Source: Octopus vulgaris (taxonomy: Eukaryota). Taken from it: 64,000 bases of DNA. The translations under genes and the position numbers were made by a program. Positions 59,060 to 64,000 of the stretch are shown here, one piece after another. How positions within the stretch are numbered: position 1 is the stretch's first letter; each line of letters begins with the position of its first letter. The notes under the pieces are model-generated. The model had not been told where the DNA came from and searched no databases. It worked only from the letters and a program-made list of their open reading frames with translations. The DNA lies in assembly GCA_951406725.2 (NCBI GenBank), contig OX597819.1, positions 64,108,001-64,172,000 of the forward strand, written 5' to 3'.

Positions 59060-59520
59060 ATACGGTGTTCAAAACGTCTCTCAGCAGTATTTTATTGCAA
59101 AATAAGCATTTATAAGATGGTATAAGACTACTAAAGAATATATTAGATTTTTACAAAACTTTAAAAAACTTTATAAGAGGTGTTGTAAGTGCTGTCCTTC
59201 ATTTTTTATGCATAAGTTGATTCTTCTACTCATGTTTTGAAAAACATCTTACAGAGTCTCACGTGGTATGAAGCATGTGAAGATCATAATTGTCTCTTAT
59301 AGCTCATTAATGGTTTTCCGGCGATCCTTGTACACTGATCCTGTACTTGCTTCCTAGAAAAAATAGTCTGGCGGTGTTAAATCAGGTGACCTTGGTGGCC
59401 GAAGTCACTGTGAAATAACCCTTTCACCGAAAAACCTTTGAAGTAGCGACATAGTGATGCGCAAACTATGTGCTGTAGCTCCATCTTGCTGAAAGTATGC
59501 ATTGGTGCTGTATGAACATT
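59060..59520 (-). mobile_element. Tc1/maT-like transposon remnant
   Basis: Same terminus as 44420 (ggtgttcaaaacgtctctc.gcagta). Minus-strand PPRSPDLTPPDYFF. Confidence 0.7.
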
Positions 59521-59631
59521 AATGTGGTTTTAGAGTCAAATTTAGCTGCTATTTGTAGCATGGCAGTATCTCTTAGATACTTTTAATTATAATTTTAATA
59601 TATGTATATATGTGTGTGTGAGTGTGTGTGT

Positions 59632-59676
<45 letters not shown>

Positions 59677-59942
59677 TTTTTATCTGTGTTTGTTCCATCC
59701 ACCACCATCACTTGACAACCAGTGCGGGTCCCCGTAACTTAGCGGTTCGGCAGAAGAGACCGATAGGTTAAGCACCAGGCTTACGAAGAATAAATCCACA
59801 ACTTCAATTTCTTCAACTAAAAGGCGATGCTCAAGCATGGCCGCAGTCAGATGACTGAAAACAAAAGGATAAAAGCATACATAAAGTCACATATTTATGA
59901 TTAGTTTTGTTGTTGTTGTAAGAATACGTGTATGTGTATAGA

Positions 59943-60333
59943 CTAGCTGTTGTCACCCCTGCTTCGCTCGGGTTTTGGTGGTGGTGTTGTTTTGTGCGTG
60001 TTGTCTCATTTTCCATTTCTTCTTTTGTTCGTGTTCTTTACCTGGTTCTTTTTATTGCCCTCTTCCTTTTCTTTTTCTTATTTTTAAAATTGTTCTTCGT
60101 CTTTGTCTTCTTCACAACTCAATTTTTCCCATATTCCTCGCCATGGCAACCAAACGTTAGCCCCGAGCGACTTGCAAGCCTCCTCACACCATTGCCCCCC
60201 CCCATTTTACTCCCCCTCCACAGTGTAAATTTTAGCGCCAATCCGACCCCATCTAAACCGTTCCCATCCCCAAATGAGTGAAATAACCAAGAAATCAAAC
60301 AACTTTTTCACATTTCAGCTTTATATGCATAGA
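59943..60333 (-). mobile_element. Non-autonomous Helitron
   Basis: On the minus strand: 5' TCTATGCATATAAAGCTGAA .. cccgagcgaagcagggg hairpin .. CTAG 3', inserted between A and T. Confidence 0.75.
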
Positions 60334-61339
60334 TGAATGTTTGCTTGTACTGTTCCAGAATTTCATTTCATACGTCTGTATGTACGAATTAGATCAATTT
60401 TTTTAATATTATCATATTCTGAGATTCCTCTTTTATTTGCATCCGTTGATTTATCTTCATCTTTCTCTGCCTATTCCGCGTAATTTATTACAATTTTTCA
60501 GTAGCAGCATAAAATTGTTTAAAGTAGAATCGAATAATGAATGAGGTCAGTGGGTAAAAGGGTCCAATGTAATTAATACATAACCCTGAATCTATGTGTG
60601 TGCTTTTTGCCATTGTACAGTAAAATATTTATTTTACAAATCTCAGATAAATTTTATGTATTTGTATTAATATGAAACTCGGTTCATATAACGACAGATA
60701 TTAATGAGGTATATATATATTGTGGAAGTTATTGTATATTTCACGACAGCTGTTTTGTTGGAAATGTCCATATTCAGAGACACATATTTGCAAAGACCAA
60801 CAAGTACATAAACACACGCGTATACGCACACAAACACACATACATACACGTACACACACACACGCACATACACGTACACATGCACATACAGTCGCACATA
60901 TATCATTATGCGTCGTTGTGTTAGCTAGTGTGTATATGCATGTAGGTTTTGTGTGCGTGTATTAGTGTGTGAGTGTATTTTGTGCAAACATATACCGGAA
61001 TTATCTTCATTTATTGAACGATCTACCGTAAAATTTACAGAATATAAATTCTGTCTAGACTTTAGACATTAAATGACGTAAGTACGAGAGACGTAGTGAA
61101 TATGTTACTGTGCAGGTAGGAAGGACAAATATCGTTGCCAGAGATGGCGTGGTTGAAAGAATGTATCGCTATCGCAGAAGCGGACTGAGGCCCATGCACT
61201 TGGGATCAAATAGAATATTCGTTTATCCAGATGAGGGCCATGAACAAACAGTGGAAGCAAAAACTAGGGTATTTCTAACTCGTTACATAACTTGAAACAT
61301 TAGCAATGATTTCACCGTGTGCTATCAGACAATGTCGTA

Positions 61340-61495
61340 ATGCTTGGCTGTGTGGTAAGAAGCTTGCTTCCCAAATACATAGTCCCGGGTTCAGTCCCAC
61401 TGCGTAGCACCTTGGGCAAGTGTCTTTTACTATAGCTTCTGACCGAATAAAGCCATGTGAGTGGAATTGATGTGCATGTGTACGTGTATATGCGC

Positions 61496-61527
<32 letters not shown>

Positions 61528-61980
61528 ATGTGTGTTGGTGTGAATATGTGTGTGTGTTTGTGTACTTGTTGGTCTTTGTAAATATGTGTCTCTGAATACT
61601 GACTTTTCCAACAAAACTGCTGTCGGGAAATATGCAATAACGTCCCCAATATATAAATAATACATAATAATGTATCATAACAGAATCCCGTCGTATCCCG
61701 TCGTACATATATATGTAAATATCTATGTGCGTGTGTCTTTGTGTCTGTGTTTGTTTCTCCATCACCACTTGACAACCAGTGTTGGTGCGTTTATGTGCCC
61801 GTAACCTAGTGGTACGGCAAAAGTAACTGATAGATTAAATACTAGGCTTACGAAATTAGTCCTGGGGGTCGATTTGTTCTACTAAAGCTCTTCAAGACGG
61901 TACTTCAGTATGGTCGCAGTCAATTATGACTGACACAAGTAGACGAATAAAAGAATAATAGAATAAAAGAATAAAAGAAT
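61340..61980 (+). mobile_element. SINE family A interrupted by an inverted copy of upstream sequence
   Basis: Head 61340-61468 and tail 61695-61980. The insert is the reverse complement of 60715-60890. Confidence 0.8.
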
Positions 61981-63364
61981 AGCTCTAATTTCCATCGACT
62001 GGGAATTTTTCTTCTTGAGAAAGTACAATAGTGAAGCAACAGAATATTTGGTGGCAGCTCTTTAGAAGCCCTGTAAGAGTGTATATCTTTTTTAATCAAA
62101 TGTGAACAGGAGATTTATTACCGTGATATCGGCGAAGTACCTTGATACATTGATAGATATTTAGATAAATAAACATAAAAATAGACATGAATATACACTC
62201 TAAAATTCATAAAGGCGAATTTTTTTAGCACATACTATTTCATTTATACTATTAAGCGTGCAAAATTTACTTATATTGATTGTTAATTTTTAATATATTA
62301 TCTAACCACACGTTTATCCAATACGTTTTCAATAACTCATCAAAATCCGAATAATAGTAGCTCAATGTGTATTGGAATAGAGAATACAATAGACTATTTA
62401 GCAAATAAGAATACCATTCAGATACCAACAATCGATGAATGCTATGTATTTAACCCCTTTACATCTACGTTGTATTTACGCTAATTCATTAAATGATCGT
62501 TACACAATATTCAATAAATACTTCCTTATATCATAATTCCTGTTAATATACTCAGTTAAAATTGTAGTCGATATAGTAGAAAGCGTAGTTTTGTATAATA
62601 CTAAGCAAACACCAATCAACAGTATCTCTGCTCATTCAAACCTCATCCCAACATAAATTATAGTAACCTCTTAACGCAAAACAAACAAAAAACGTTCTTT
62701 AAGATATGTTTGTGTTCGTAAACTTCTAGTTTACACCAAGCAACGTAAGTATGAACAGCACCTACGTGCCATACATTACCTTCTGTATTTAGTTTTATAT
62801 TTTCCCCAATATCTTCCAATATATATATATTCAATTAGCACCACCATTATAGTTAAGAGATACTATGGTATTATAAATAGCAGAGAGTTCAGTGTAATCC
62901 ATAGGCAGGAGAGGTGCAGCTGAAGTGTAGAAAGTCCAGTAGAAGTTCGTGTATGATGAGAGGAGACAGGTAGACTCCGTAGAAGTTCGTGGGTGATGAG
63001 AGGAGACGACCAAAGACAAATTTACCCAGCTGAATTTTCAGCCATCTGTATGAAATACCCACGTCAAGACGTTAACCAACTTGGGAAAATTATGAGATAT
63101 AGTAAACATTCTCAATATTAGAATAGAAATAAAAGCTAGATCGTCGTCGCTATAACTTCACTTTACTTAAGCGGGCTAATAAAAAGTAGTATTAGATTCA
63201 GTGTACGACGTCGCTGTGGTAATGTACCTTGGGATTGAAGTGGTTGACTGTATAGCATTGTTTATCGTTGATACAGTTAGTTAGTGCGATCGACTCTCCG
63301 TTTAGGTTTGGGCGAAGACAATGATCGGCAGTCTGAGACAACGTGTACCGCCTTAATACATTAT

Positions 63365-63736
63365 TTCTTTACTTGGTTCAGTCATTTACTGCGGCCATTA
63401 GTCGAGTGAAAACTGTCCCCATGACTTATTCTTTGTAAGCCTAGTACTTATTCTATCGGTCTCTTTTTTGCCGAACCGCTAGGTTACAGAGACGTAAACA
63501 CAGCAGCATCGGTTGTCAAGCGATGTTGTGGGGTCAAACACGTAAACACATACACACACACATAAACACACACAAACAAACAAACACTACGGGCTTCTTA
63601 AAGTTTCCTGCTGCCAAATCCACTCACAAGTCTTTGGTCGGCCCGAGGCTATAGTAGAAGGCACCTGCCCAAGGTGCCACGCAATGGGACTGAACCCGGA
63701 ACCATGTGGTTGGTAGGCAAGCTACTTACCACACAG
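63365..63736 (-). mobile_element. SINE family A
   Basis: Reverse complement of 18881-19320. Confidence 0.9.
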
Positions 63737-64000
63737 TCTGTGTCTATGTGTACGTGTGTGAGTGTGCATCGGCGTGTGAGAGACTGAGAGAAAAGCGAGT
63801 GAGAGAGAAGAAATCATTAGTCGATATATATTTTTTTTTCTGGCTTAGATATACACATCTCAAACACCATAATTGCTAATTTACTATAAGTCATATCAGA
63901 TCGAAAAGATGTAACAATAAGTCATTTAAAACGAGAAGAGCAGAGGGCGAATATCGATAATAAATCCGAAAATCTCACCAGGTATAATTAGAAAACTTGA

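Noticed and set aside
61228-61275. Possible decayed hammerhead (cAGATGA..AAAACtaggGTA)
   Set aside because: Both core boxes are mutated and the helices are not supported.
62939-63008. Short direct repeats (also 27951-28005 and 22786-22860) as a CRISPR-like array
   Set aside because: Only two units each, with no unique spacers and no cas genes, in eukaryotic context.

Overview
AT-rich, repeat-dense animal genomic DNA. The SINE families resemble octopus repeats (from recall, not a search). I found no credible host exon, rRNA, intact tRNA gene or CRISPR array, and nearly all listed ORFs are microsatellite artefacts. The window is a mosaic of (TA)n/(TG)n/(AAT)n/(TATC)n microsatellites, at least four tRNA-derived SINE families, decayed LINEs (RTE, CR1-group, HERO/NeSL-like RLE), mariner/Tc1 remnants, non-autonomous Helitrons and several Penelope-like elements (PLEs). 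The main signal is about a dozen minimal type I hammerhead-ribozyme (HHR) motifs from several unrelated repeat families. They mostly sit in inverted or foldback elements, many of them bordered by (TA)n. They include a perfect HHR at 54299-54341 and a U3-A8 covariant HHR in both pLTRs of a young, rearranged Penelope. There is also a palindromic tRNA-head/(AAT)n/HHR-tail element that looks like a Penelope-mobilised SINE. The commonest SINE shares its 3' end with a CR1-group LINE in this window. Coordinates were read by eye (about +/-10 bp at decayed ends), and no alignment, folding or database search was run.
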